Source: Negaprion brevirostris (lineage: Eukaryota). From it: 64,000 nucleotides of DNA. The notes under the pieces were generated by a model. It worked only from the letters and a program-made list of their open reading frames with translations. It was not told the origin of the DNA and did not search any database. This document shows positions 11,481 to 24,406 of this stretch, piece by piece (positions within the stretch are counted from its first letter, which is position 1; every line of letters starts with the position of its first letter). The translations under genes and the position numbers were made by a program. The stretch is from positions 32,130,659 to 32,194,658 of the forward strand of contig JARDVH010000042.1 of the NCBI GenBank assembly GCA_030324005.1, read 5' to 3'.

Positions 11481-13056
11481 CTGAAGGCATGGTCTCCTTG
11501 TCCTTTCTGCCCCTCGGCCTTCTCCTCTGCCCTTCTGATGCAAGGGACCCTGCCTGTGGCAGGTGAATTCTTCATTGCTGGGTTGAAAATCCGAAAGCAG
11601 TGCCCCCATTGCCATCTGCTTAGCTAGTTGCCCAGGTGTCATGGGATGTCTTACCATCTGCTCTTCTGTCCTCACAATGCCAGGAGGATGAAGACCCTCA
11701 TGGACTGCCCAGACACCGATGCCCACTGCTCCTGCCACCAGCGCTGCAGTAAAACTATCTACCCCCAATGGCCAAGTACCTTTCTGCTCCATTGAAGTGT
11801 TTGCAGCTCCAGAATAATTCCCTAGTGTGGCAAAGACCAGTTTTCCACTCTGTACCTTTTTCCTTTCACCTGGGTTGTCCCAGGTAGCACGTGCAGCCCA
11901 CACACCCCCATGAAACTCTCCAACTCCCTTAACGAGCACTTAATGAGCTCTCCAGATAGCTCAGTTAGGGAGCAGACAGCATTGCAATCCTGCCCTTTAC
12001 CCACCATTGGGAATATGGCTGGCACCTAGTCAGCAGACACTGGTATTTTCAGGCTGATGGTCAGTCAGCCCTTATTTACTCTCCTTGTCACCCGCATTCC
12101 CCCCTCAAACGCTGCCAGGCTTTATCAGAAACAGACTGATTTCATGCCAGACAAGCTGACACCTCACCAATTTGTTCCGGGTCACCTCCCCGATTCTCCC
12201 CCACCGTTGAAATTGCAGAAACTCAGCGGGTCTGGCTGTGATCAACGCTAAACGTATTATTTCAAAAATCAAAGTGATTGTGCGTGAAACCTTTGCTTGT
12301 TTCAGCATTTTCTGTAATCTTGACTAAGTAGCTGGATTATTATCTATGTGGATTGTCAGCAGGAGAAAGGATTGCAAATTGATTACATTTACTTTCCGTT
12401 CACAGTATCCCTGATCTCTCTGCATAGTGCTCCTTGGCCATTTACTTATGCATTTATCAATACTGAGTTTTCAGGTCTGAATGAAATGCTTGCTTACAGG
12501 AGCTGCACACTGGACAATTGACTTCGGAGTGGGAGCATCAGACTGAACGTCAATAAATTCAGTCTTCATCATAATTACTCATGAAGTGAACGCTTGTTCA
12601 GCAGATTTTTGTGAATCATAAAGCTTTATTAGACAAAGGTTGTGATGTTGCTAATAGGTTCTTTCAAAAAAATGCAGATTTTTGAAAGAGTACTTGCAGA
12701 GAGAAACAGAGTTAATGGGGTCGATTTCCATGTTGAAAGGTCAAGCCGGGAATCTTCCCAACAGACCAGTCGCCTTTCCAAAGGCCCTCACCTGCTATAT
12801 TTACATTCTGGAAATGTGGGGGTGGGATGGAGGTTGGCACCAGAGAAAGGCTCAAGGCAATCATAGAAGCAGGTAGAAGGCCAGGTCCACGGGTTAAAAT
12901 GCCTCAATTTACTGGGACATTGACTCAGTTTTAATGATGAATGTCAGGCCCTCAAGNNNNNNNNNNNNNNNNNNNNNNNNNNNNNNNNNNNNNNNNNNNN
13001 NNNNNNNNNNNNNNNNNNNNNNNNNNNNNNNNNNNNNNNNNNNNNNNNNNNNNNNN

Positions 13057-13382
13057 TTAGCATTGGTCAGCACTGTTGCCTCACGCACAAGGGACCCGGG
13101 TTCAATTAAGGCTTCGGGTCACTGTCTGTGTGGAGTTTGTACTTCTTCCCTGTGTGTGTGGGTTTCCTCTGGATGCTCCAGTTTCCTCCCACAGTCCAAA
13201 GATGTGTGGGTTAGGTTGATTGGCCATGCTAAAAGAAATTGCCCCTTAGTGTCCTCAGATGTGTAGGTTAGGGAAATTAGCGGGCAAATATGTAGGAATA
13301 TGGGGTAGGCCTGGGTGGGATTGTGCTCGGTGCAGACTTGATGGGCCAAATGGCCTCTTTCTGCACTGTAGGGCTTCTATGC
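13057..13382 (+). mobile_element. HE1-type SINE
   Basis: Colinear with 10545-10883; 5' end lost in an N gap. Confidence 0.9.
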
Positions 13383-15149
13383 TTCCATTTCAGGGCATAC
13401 CTTATGTAATCATTTAATTCTCCCAAACCCCACCCGCAGTGACTCTTAGCCCCTGAGGGTATTACTTCTGTTCTTTTCCTTTCTTAAACTAAGCCTTTAA
13501 CCCAAAACTGCCTTTCACAGTGAAGACTTTTCCTGGAGATCCTTCCTGTCATGAAAGCTAGACTAATCTTCCAGCCTCATTTCAAATTCTCACGGATTTG
13601 ATATTTTCGTCCAAGGATGAGTTCTTAACTGCATTCCCGAATAGTGAATCATAGATTCCTTTTGCATCCTAGCAAACTAACTGTGTCCATGTGAGTTTTA
13701 GAACCCCTTCACTTCTTAAAGTCCATCATCATGGCAACATGGATCAGATGGGCCTTGTATCCAAGTGGAAATGTTGTTTAGCTCTCCAGGAGACACCAAC
13801 TCTCTTTTATCATGAAAGTAAATGGACAGTTTAAATCTTAACTGTTTATAACCTGGCATTCTCAACACCTTTCTGAGATTTGGGAGACTATAAAGTATAT
13901 ACGCTTCTGTCATTATCTCCAAGTGTGAACATCTTACACATTATTTCCAGCAAGAAACCCAGGTCTTCTCTTAATCTTTAACAGCCACATCACTCAGATC
14001 TGTTGTTAGGCAAACTTCAGAACTGGTCACATGATCCCTTTCATTTTTATCCTAAATTAAGTTTAACATAATTTTATAAACCTCATATTTTAACATTAGA
14101 AAACTCTTCAATTTAAGTATAGCTTGTATATTTAAATTGGCTTATGACTGGCATTCTTGCCAATTCCAGTCTGACTACATCTTTGATGATGTTCCTATGA
14201 TACTTAAAAAAATCCTCATATAAATGGCATCATGTGTTTTTTGTAAAATAAAATAAAAATAGTTTAGAATGAGCTTAACTGCGATAAATATTATTGTATG
14301 TATTTATAATATTATGGACAATGTAATTTCTGCCCTGTGGAGGACAGAAAAACATAATCTGTAGAATGTGACTGGTCCTCTCATTTAAATTATAATGTTA
14401 TATTAAAATCTTGGAATTTCCCCCTCATTGTATTTGGAAGAGTCAGGAAACTTTTTTCATAGGGATTCTTCTTTAATGTTTTACCAATGATTATTAGGTC
14501 CCAAGAGGTCAAGTAATTGGGGAAAGTCCACAATGGACCAAATCATTCATGATTTGTGGGAGAAAGAGGTATTATATGTTGGGTGGACTATCCCCAAAAA
14601 AATTCTAAGGAGGGAATTTTCCCATCCTGCCTGCCATGGGAACCGTAGTGGGTAGTGGCGGNNNNNNNNNNNNNNNNNNNNNNNNNNNNNNNNNAAATGG
14701 TTCGGCACAGACAAGAAGGGCCAAAAGGCCTGTTTCTGAGCTGTAATTTTCTATGGTTCTATGGTTCTAAGTGTCAAACATGTTTTTTCAATGAGCTGAG
14801 TCTCATTAATGTATGGCAATAGAGAGGCCATCAGGACACTCATGCCAGTGGGGGTGGGGTGGGGTGAAGTCAAACCTGCCAGAGAGCCTAGCAGAAGAGT
14901 GCTCAAGGCACCATTGTGCATATGCCCAATCTGCTGGGATAGTGGGAAATCTGTTTGCTTCACTCCCCGACGGACATCGCTGAGCTGTCAGCCTTCGCAA
15001 TCAGCCCCCCATCCCGATCATTGCCAGGCTCTCAGCTCCCAGCCTCCTTGGACATCACTAGACTCTCAATCACTGGGTTCTCAACACCACCCCCCCTTCC
15101 CCAGACATCACTGGGCTCTCAACCACTCACCAAAGACATCACAGAGTCA

Positions 15150-15550
15150 TAGCGTCATAGTGGTTTACAGCATGGAAACAGGTCCTTCGGCCTAACTTGT
15201 CCATGCCGCCCTTATTTTTTTTTTAAAACCCCTAAGCTAATCCCAATTGCCTGCATGTAACTATCTAAATGCTTTTTAAAAGATAAAATTATACCCACCT
15301 CTACTATTACTTCTGATAGCTTGTTCCAGACACTCAACACAGTCTGTGTGAAAAAATTGCCCCTCTGGACACTTTTGTATCTCTTTTGTATGCCCTCTAG
15401 TTTTAGACTGTCCTACATTTGGGAAAAGATATGGACTACCTACCTTGTCTATGCCCCTCATTATTTTATAGACCTCTATAAGATCACCCCTCAGCCTCCT
15501 ATGCTCTAGAGAAAAAAGTCCCAGTCTATCCAGCCTCTCATTATAACTCA
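15150..15550 (-). mobile_element. CR1 LINE 3' fragment
   Basis: SYNERLDRLGLFSLEHRRLRGDLIEVYKIMRG. Confidence 0.92.
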
Positions 15551-15564
15551 AAAATCAGTATTAA

Positions 15565-15700
15565 GAATGGCATTTTAAGAGTCAGCCACTGGAGCTACAT
15601 ATAGGCCAGACTGGGTAAGGGCAGCAGATTTCCTTCCTGAAGGGACATTAGTGAACCAGATGGGTTTTCCTGATAATTGGCAATGGTCATCATTAGACTT
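15565..15700 (-). mobile_element. Old SINE core fragment (same family as 9915-10150)
   Basis: Reverse complement of GGTTCACTAATGTCCCTTCAGGAAGGAAATCTGCTGCCCTTACCCAGTCTGGCC. Confidence 0.6.
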
Positions 15701-15970
15701 TCATAGAATCCATTCAGCCGTTCGAGTCTGCATGAACTCTCTGACAGAATATCTCATCCAGGCCTTCTCCCCATTCTATCCCTGTAACCCACAAGGCTAA
15801 TACATATATCCTATGCATCTTTGGACTGTGGGAAGAAACTGGAGCACCCGGCAGAAACCCACACAGACACAGGGAGAACGTGCAAACTCCATACAGACAG
15901 TCATCCAAGGCTGGAATTGAACGCGGGTACCTGGAGCTGCGAGGCAGCAGTGCTAACCATTGTGCCATTG
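15701..15970 (-). mobile_element. HE1-type SINE
   Basis: Reverse-complement match to the other HE1 copies, including A/B boxes and tail. Confidence 0.88.
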
Positions 15971-16089
15971 TATCCAGTTTTATGGGCCTNNNNNNNNNNN
16001 NNNNNNNNNNNNNNNNNNNNNNNNNNNNNNNNNNNNNNNNNNNNNNNNNNNNNNNNNNNNNNNNNNNNNNNNNNNNNNNNNNNNNNNNN

Positions 16090-16378
16090 TCTAGTTTAAT
16101 AATCTCTTGTCTATAAGAGGGTGACCAGAATTGCACACAGTATTCCAGATGTGGCCTTACCAATGTCTTGTACAGCTTCAACAAGACATCCCAACTTCTG
16201 TATTCAATGTTCTGACTGATGAAACCAAGCATGCCAAATGCCTTCTTCACCACTCTGTCCACCTGTGACTTCACTTTCAAGGAACTATGAACCTGTACCC
16301 CTAGATCTCTTTGTTCTGTAACTCTCCCCAACGGACTACCATTAACTGAGTAAGTCCTGCCCTGGTTCAATCTACCAA
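16090..16378 (-). mobile_element. CR1 LINE ORF2 fragment
   Basis: QRDLGVQVHSSLK...LYKTLVRPHLEYCVQFWSP. Confidence 0.92.
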
Positions 16379-16739
16379 TCTACCATCATTTACCCCCAGC
16401 CTCGCACAGATCCCCCGATCACAGACCCCTTCCTATTGCTGTCCTCCTGATCACTGGCCCTGATTACAGACCGGCGGCCTCAAACACTGATTGCCGGTCA
16501 CTCTACCAGCCCCTATCCCCACCATTGCAGAGTTATCCCCTTCCTTCCCTTCCGATCGAAACTTGTGCAGACTCTGTGTGTAACAGAATCAGGCAGCTTC
16601 TAACAACTAACAAGCTGTACCAATATATTACAAAGCTCATGCTTTAGCAGAGTTGACCTTTACAATTGTACACTGTCTTCATGTCAACAAGCAAGAGGTA
16701 ACCAAACCACTGAAATCAGTGACAGAATGTTTTAAAAAG

Positions 16740-17036
16740 GGTGACACAGTGCTTAGCACTACTGCCTCACAGTGCCAGCGACCCGGGCTTGATTCCTGGC
16801 TTAGGTCACTGCCTGTGTGGAGTCTGCACATTCTTTCCATGTCTGTGTCGTTTTGTTCTGGCTGTTTTGGTTTCCTTCCACAGTACAAAAGATGTGCTGG
16901 TCAGGTACATTGGCCATGCTAAATTCTCCCTCAGTGTACTCGAAAAGGCTCCGGTGTATGGTGATTCAGGGATTTTCACAGTAACTTCATTGTTGTGTTA
17001 ATGTAAGCCTACTTGTGACACTAATAAAATAAGCTT
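16740..17036 (+). mobile_element. HE1-related SINE with alternative 3' tail
   Basis: HE1 head and V-domain, then AAATTCTCCCTCAGTGTAC...GCCTACTTGTGACACTAATAAA instead of the TTCTATGA tail. Confidence 0.85.
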
Positions 17037-19129
17037 AAACTTTTCAGGTCAGTCATTGTGTTCAAGTATTCTGTCATTAACACGAATAAGCCAATTTTAG
17101 CACACAGTTATCCTGTACATATCTAGAAAGAATATTTTTGATTATAATGGATAAGCGGAAAATGCATTTGAAACTTATTCTCAATAATGCAGGAACTCTG
17201 AGGAGAATAACAAAAAGGCAATAAACATGAATCATCAAACACAATGGACAATGTGATTGCTGAAATCACAATGGATTGTAATCTGTAACTCCTATACATT
17301 GTAGGTGAGAGAAATGTCCAGTTCTAAAATGGAGCCCCCACATTAGCTCTTCAGAGGACACATCTTGTTACTAAGCAACTATTTGTTTCTCGTCTCAATA
17401 AGTGAACATTCTTACTTCTCTGTGGTATGACCAAAGCTGAAACCAAACCATATGGAGATAAATCTTCATGTAATAATACTATAGCGTACTTATAACGAGT
17501 GAAACATTTACAATATAGAAGAACGAGTAAAGAAACATCTATGTTTTATGCTATACCGCTTCAAACAATCAGTGTAGTAGTCAAATACATTTCAAATATA
17601 AATAATTCTTCCACAAGAGTTCTCTTGGGATAGAAATAATTATTTTCCTCAGTGCTCTGGAGGTAATGCAGAAATTATTTCAAGTCAATCCGTGTACATC
17701 TAAAAACTCTCCAGAGATTTATTCATGATGAGCGTATTTTATTCTTAAGCCAAATTCCCTGACTTTAGTGTCTTAACCATATTATGATTAACACAGATGT
17801 TCACTATAGTAACTGCAATTCACTTTTCTTTGTCATTCACATTTTTTAAATCATTAAAGTGCAATTCGTTCTAAGTATTAGCTTTCCTTTTTGCATAATG
17901 TCCATCAGATGTTCGCACATCTAAAGTCCCAAAATATGAAACACAGTAAATTTTGCATAATTTTCAATTTCTTTAAAGCAGTTATAACTTTTAAAGGAGG
18001 TTACCATTTATGTCATGTTCATTATTAGGAATGGCAGCTTCTGTAGAATTTGACAAGTGTTATTCGTGTCAGAATAATGAAAGAAAATAAACTCTTGAAT
18101 AAATGGAGGTCCAAATCCAATGCCATTTGCAACAAGTACAAATTATGAACTGTACCATTTTAAAACAATGTAAAATTGTATTATTTAATAATGAATTAGG
18201 TTTCAGTGATGACTAAAATGAAGATTACAATTGTCTTGTGACTTTACAATCATTACCACTGGATGAAATTCAAACCCCCATTTACGCAATTTTTAAATGA
18301 TTTATTATTCACAATTAAAAGGCTCTTTGATCTCCAATTTTTCAATCCAATATTTGGGAATGACAGAGAGTCGCTTTAGCATATGCGGAAGTACTGTCAA
18401 TACAATAATGTCACCAAACATGCGTATTGCCATGTGTATGTTATGTTTGTGCAGACAGAGGTGTGCAGTTAGCTGAAGAAACAGAGTTTAAATTTCCTTT
18501 GCCACTGCCTAAGTGCCAAACTGGCATAGCCCTTACAGCATTTTTTTTACTGGATCCATCTCATGTTGTTTCCAAATGAAACTAAAATTGTGTAGGTTTT
18601 TTTGGGGGGAATGATGGAGTGCTATGTTGCACCTGCTTACTTCCCAGGAAGCAATGAGGAAAATATATCTCATGATATTTAAAGCTTGTATTCTGTAATC
18701 TAACCAGCACACAAGCAACATGACAGATCTGTAGAGTTCCTTCCATCCTTAGGTAGTTCTGGAACCTGAGCTTCATAAATAGCTTTCTCTCACAATTATA
18801 TGCAAAATGTATTTTAGTAAACTTACTGTAATCAGTGGGGCCAACATTGATTGCCTCTCAGGAACAATGTGGTATTGGGCTAAAAATGGCAGTGTGACAT
18901 TTACCAGCCTTTTGCTATTCCTGTCCTTCTCTTCATTTGGCTGCTGCCATTCTTATGAGATCCTTCACAATGGAGACTCAGGTATCTATCTACCTCTTTC
19001 AGGGAGGACCCAATTTACAGGACGTTAATTTGGTCCCTGATTCAATCATAGACCCCATTGCAATCTTTGAGGTAGCTCTTTGTGGACGGAGCATGAGTCT
19101 ATCTCTGCTCATTTACTGCTGAAATGCTC

Positions 19130-20020
19130 AGCCATGCCTTTGTAGATATGAGGACATCAATATTCTCTCAAGTTTCATTCACCCATCAACACTATGCCCA
19201 CTGAGCTACTGGTCTGGCAATTGTTCAGTTTTATTTTTTAACCTTATTTTCAAAACACTTCCTGGCTTTGGCCCTTCCTATCTTTGTAACCCCATTCAAT
19301 CCCACAACCCTCCAAGATCACTGCGCACCTTCAGTCCTGGCCTCTTGCTCATCCCCACATTTAAGTGCTTCACCATTGATTGCTGTGCCTTTCCCTGTCT
19401 AAACCCTAAGCTATGGTATTCCATTCAACTGCTGTTCAGAATGATAAGATGTTATATGAATGCAAGTATTACTTACCAACATTCATGCTTTAGTTCCACT
19501 AGACTATCCCAACTCACTCCTAATTGGCCTCCCACATATGACACCCCATAAACTTGAGGTGATCCCAAACTCTGCTGTCCATGTCTTAACTTGCACAAGG
19601 TCCCATTTCCCTGTCAGCCTTCTGCTTGCTAACTACATGGGCTCCTGATCAAGTAATATCTTTGTTTACAAATCCGTCTATGGCCTCTCCCCTGTGTATC
19701 TCTGTAATCTCTTCCAGCCCCACAACTCTCCAAGATGCCTATGCTCTTCTAACTCTGGCATCTTGAGAATTCCACATTTAAACTGTTCTATATTGGTGGT
19801 AACACCTTCAGTTTCCTTTACTCCCAAGCTCTGGAATACCCTCCGTACACCTCTCCAACTTTCTAAGGCTCTTTCCTCCTTGAAAATGCTCCTTAAAACC
19901 TACCTCTTTGTCCAAGATTTTGTCCATCTGTCCAAATATTTCTTTTTGTGACTTGGTGTTCTGTTTTGTTCAACACTGTTCCTGTAAAGTGCCTTGGAAC
20001 ATTTTACCATATAAATGTGC
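19130..20020 (+). mobile_element. L2-type LINE 3' fragments (two adjacent)
   Basis: IHALVPLDYPNSLLIGLP..KLEVIPNSA and YLCNLFQPH..PKLWNTL..LKTYLF, the L2 ORF2 C-terminus. Confidence 0.8.
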
Positions 20021-20917
20021 TTTATCCACCTTGTTGACCAGCAAGGGGCATGCATGCGGCAGGTTGTAGTGGGCTGCTCTGGGATGTTGCTTCGGGAGTT
20101 GNNNNNNNNNNNNNNNNNNNNNNNNNNNNNNNNNNNNNNNNNNNNNNNNNNNNNNNNNNNNNNNNNNNNNNNNNNNNNNNNNNNNNNNNNNNNNNNNNNN
20201 NGCGTAGACTAAAATCATGAATAGGTCACTGACAATGGGACGGCGGCGTGGGCTCGTTGGGCCGAAGGGCCTGTTTCCTGTGCTGTGTTGTTCTTTTTCT
20301 TTTCATAAATGCAACTTTTTTTTTGTTTATATTGGGATCAGTTGTAAATGACTTAAGCAGCAATTCTAAAGAACCATTCTATGTCAATCAGAAAAAAGGC
20401 AAGTGCCAGTTCTTTTTTTAATAGATTTTTTGTGGAGGCAGGCGAAGCAATAAAAGAAGATGCATCCCTCCCCATGCCTGTAATTGCTTCCCTCCCTTTA
20501 CACATTACTTCCAACTGGGTTGCAAGGTGGGAACATCAGATTCGATACCCATCCCAATGGGCAAGTTGCCCCTGACAATTTGTTCAGCACTCACAGCTTA
20601 TCAATCAGAAGATACTCAACCCTCAAGACAGCTTGGGCTTTATGTTGAGGGCATCAGGTGGGTGACATCCTGCCTCTGTCTGCCCAATGTGTGCTGATAT
20701 TTAATGTTGATCCCAGTAAGTTTGCCGCACCTCTTTGGAGTGAATGATGGTAAATAATACTTGCATTCATATAACATCTTATCATTCTGAACATTTGTGA
20801 TTGTTTCACACCACAAGTATTAGTGTGGCTGCCACATGTGAGTGGGTCCGTACCATTAATCCCATTAGCATCTGAAATAGGAACTGCTCAGTAATGTGCA
20901 AAAGTTTGAGATCATCT

Positions 20918-21145
20918 ATCAACAACACAAGAACAACTTCTTCTCTGCTGCCAGCAGACTTTTGAATGGACCTACTATCTATTAGGCTGATCGTTCTCTA
21001 CACCCTATCTGTGACTGTAACACTACCTCTCTTTACCTTCTCCCCTAAGTACTCTATGAATGGTATGCTTTGTCTGTGTAGCACTCAAGAAACAATACTT
21101 TTCATTGTATCCCAAAACATGTGACAATAATAAATCAAATCAAAA
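20918..21145 (+). mobile_element. Rex1/Babar LINE 3' end
   Basis: Reverse-complement homologue of 1305-1560; AATAAATCAAATCAAA tail. Confidence 0.78.
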
Positions 21146-21904
21146 CCACAATGTTTAAAATCTACTGTTAACCGATTGTTGCAAGTGTTGCTGCAATGGA
21201 GCAGCAGGAAACAAGAAAATGATGGATAAAATTTTGCTTGACTTGGGTATCTTGTAGCATATCCCGTTAGTTAGATTTCCTTTTACAAATTTCAGCTCAA
21301 TTTGTTTAGCCATGTAATCTGCTGGAACTGCAGTGAAGCATCTGGAAGCGTGCAGAAAAGTGGAACTAACAACCTATCTCCTTGAGAAAGAAACAGGGAT
21401 GATGAGAAATAAATAGGATGAATTAAAGCCAAATCAGATATAGAAAGAAAACGAAAAAGAGGGAATGAAATACTGAATTAGAGAATAAAATGAGACAGAA
21501 AAATGTGATTTTCAAAAAAGTTATATTTTAACAAATCTTGAGCAACACCTGTAGGAATGAGATTTCACAATACAACTTATTTTCTTACTGGGCTGGAGGA
21601 GTTGATTGGCATTGCAAGCACATAAATCACCTAATTAAAAAGTTAATCACACTATTAAGAAACAGCCCACATTTTGTGCGGCAAGATTAATTGGCAATTA
21701 ATGCACAAATGCAACAATCTCAAGAAACTGACAAGAAGTTTGAGGGGAAGTTTCTGTTTTCATGAGGTAGTGGGTGAGTGGTGCAAACTGTCCAGCAAAA
21801 TATGGTGATACAAAATTCATAGGTTGTGTCATCCTTGTTATGGGTATTGTCCTGTCCAGCCCACTATGATTCCAGTGGTGGGTGGGATGGAAAATTCCGC
21901 CCAT

Positions 21905-22290
21905 AAAGTCAGATATGAGCAGAATAGAGGCTTTCCATAATGGACGTCTAAAGAAAATCTCCCACATTTCCTGGTGAAACAAAAGCTTCAACTTAGATGT
22001 GCATGAAAAAGCTGGCTATTATATCATTACAAATGAGGTCAAATATCGCTGACTCCACTGGCTTGACCATGTGTTCGGAATGCCACTAGAGAGAATAGCC
22101 AAAGTGGCCTTTAGACGGGTACCACCAGAGAATAGAAGGCCAGTCAGACCAAAGGCTACATGGCGTAGAACTGTGCTAGCAGAACTGCGTGAGATGGGGC
22201 TCACATGGGCAAAGCACAAAATGTAGCTAAAGATAGAGAAAGGTGGTGTAAGCTCTCCACAGCCTTATGTTTCTCAAGTAAATAAGTAAG
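21905..22290 (+). mobile_element. RTE-clade LINE 3' fragment
   Basis: IEAFHNGRLKKISHISW, WLDHVFGMPLERIAKVAFRRVP..RPVRPKATWRRTVLAEL. Confidence 0.8.
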
Positions 22291-22419
22291 GTGGTGAACA
22301 GAACAAATAAATTTCCATTCTTTCTTTCCAGAATAAATCCTTTTATGAGATTAGAATGTAGAGAAATTGACAGAGATTTGAGTTGGAAGCACTAAAGAAA
22401 GCAATTTATTATAATTATA

Positions 22420-22906
22420 AATTGCATTTACGTACTGCATTTCACAACTTTAGGCTGCTCCAATGCACTTTACAAACAGTAAAATATTCCTGAGGTGTAG
22501 TCATCGCTTACAAACAGTAAAATATTCCTGAGGTGTAGTCATCGCTTACTGTAGGATTCTTTTGTTTGGGTCGACGATTTCCAACTGCGTATGGTGGAGT
22601 CTTGAAACCAAGAGAGCTCACTGGTAAGTTTAGACCACTTGTTTTTGTGATGTTGATTGAAGGATAAACATCAGCCATGTAAACTTCCCTGTTCTTTGAA
22701 ATAATGCCACAGGATCTTTTACATCCACCCAATGGAACAGACAGTCTCAGTTTTATATGAAACACAACATCTCTAACAGTGCAGCAATCTCACTGATGCA
22801 CAAAAGTGTCAACAGAGATTTTTGTGTTTAAGTCTGTGGAGTTGGACTTGAACCCAGGACATTTGGATTCACAGCCAGGGTACTACCAATTAAGCTATGG
22901 CTGACA
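22420..22906 (-). mobile_element. DeuSINE / SacSINE1-like SINE
   Basis: Reverse complement gives a tRNA-like head (B box GGGTTCAAGTCC), GGATGTAAAAGATCC core and GACTACAC..GTAAAGTGC..AAATGCA tail; homologous to 51270-51935. Confidence 0.72.
22470..22545. repeat. Perfect 38-bp tandem duplication
   Basis: TTACAAACAGTAAAATATTCCTGAGGTGTAGTCATCGC x2. Confidence 0.95.
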
Positions 22907-23354
22907 ACTTAAAGGTGAGTTGTGGAAAGTCAGGACTTTAATAAAGAAGCATGATATAATAACCCGATGTTCTCAGTCTTGATCATTTTAATTTAGCCGG
23001 TACCCTCAGCTTTTGGGAGAGAAGTTCCCAGTTTTGACTTCCCTTTGTGTGAAGAAATTCTTCTAAATTTGATGTCTAAATGCCTAGCTCAAATATTAGT
23101 ACTGTTCCCTCATTTTGGATTCCTTCAGCAGGGGGAAAATCTTCTGCCCATATACCCTGTTGAACCTTGATATCATTTTAAACATTCAACTTTGTAAACT
23201 CAAAGGAATACAAACCTAGTCAATGCGAGAGCTTCTGAAACTGGGGGTCCATGAACCCCAGGGATCCTCCAAAGACAGGTCCAGCCTCACAGTGGTAACA
23301 TGTGTGACCATGACCATACCAAGAATAATCAAATGAGCAGCATTTGGAATGGAA

Positions 23355-23665
23355 TGCTACCTCTGGGTTCTTGCTCTTCCCAGATCCCTTGCTTTCTCTG
23401 AGTCCCTGATCTCCCTGGATTGCTGTTCTCTCTTGGCTCCTGCTGTCTCCAGGCTCCTGTTCTCACTGTATTTCTACTCTTCCTGGGTTTCTGCCTTCTC
23501 TGGATCTCTTTTCCCTCAGGGTTCCCACTCTCTCCTCACTCCTACTCCCTCCAGTTTCCTCCTCTTTCTGATTCCTGTACTCTCAAGTCTCTGCTCTTTC
23601 TCAACCATTGCTCTCTCTGGATTTCTGCTCCCTCTAGGTCATTGCTTTCTGTGGGCTCCTGCACA
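23355..23665. repeat. Pyrimidine-rich degenerate minisatellite
   Basis: Recurring CTCTGG(G/A)TT(T/C)CTG(C/T)TCT-like units. Confidence 0.55.
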
Positions 23666-24387
23666 TGATGTTATCACAATACATGGTTTCCTCATGTGCC
23701 ACTCCTGCCTGCAAATGGCAACTTTGCCTCTTTAAGGAAACTTAGTATTAGAGTAACTATCAGTGGGATGCATAATTCATGTCTGAACCTACTTTTTTGG
23801 ATCTGGTTGACTTCTTGGCTCTCGTCTCTTTGTTCTCAAAGTCAGAGCTTGCTTTAAAATCTGACTCAATCCGTTAGCTAATCACTGGCATTGGGACATG
23901 TTGGACACATCATATAGTTCTTCAATCACAGGCTCAAGGTGTTTTTGGAGGTGGTGTTCCAAATCACTTGTCATTCAGAGATAATACTGGTCTTCTCAGC
24001 TGTGATGCCAAAAGGAAACATTGACTCAAAAACATGTGGGGCAAGATTTTTACCAATTGACCATGAATCTGGCCTGTTTCCTGTATGATTTCTGATGTAC
24101 AGTATAAATCAAAAATGTATATCTGTATATCTGTACAGTACATAAAAAATGTTTGTTAGAGGCTTAAAAGGCAACATAGTAGAAATTTCTGGTCATATTA
24201 AGGACAAGTTTAGATAGTTGTTTGAAAAACTTGTATATAAAATGTGACAATTGGCTCATCATGCTTAATGTAATCTAAATTTGAATCCTGTGTTTATTCA
24301 TTCACTGTTTTAAGTTTTGGGTTACAGATCTTGCCATGCACTGTACATTGAGAGGGATAAATGGCGTGTATTTGTGAATTAGTTGCA

Positions 24388-24406
24388 GCTACCATCTAGT
24401 GACATA
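24388..24406 (-). promoter_or_regulatory. CTCF-like motif
   Basis: Minus strand GTCACTAGATGGTAGC versus core CCACYAGRKGGCRS. Confidence 0.4.

Noticed and set aside
11457-11939. 160-aa ORF as a Myb/SANT partner of the adjacent transposase
   Set aside because: Only a vague W...VRT..Q resemblance; not enough to call
15714-16370. 218-aa ORF
   Set aside because: Artefact reading through an N gap and joining CR1 and HE1 sequence
23349-23735. 128-aa Leu/Ser-rich ORF resembling a membrane protein
   Set aside because: Translation of a pyrimidine-rich degenerate repeat
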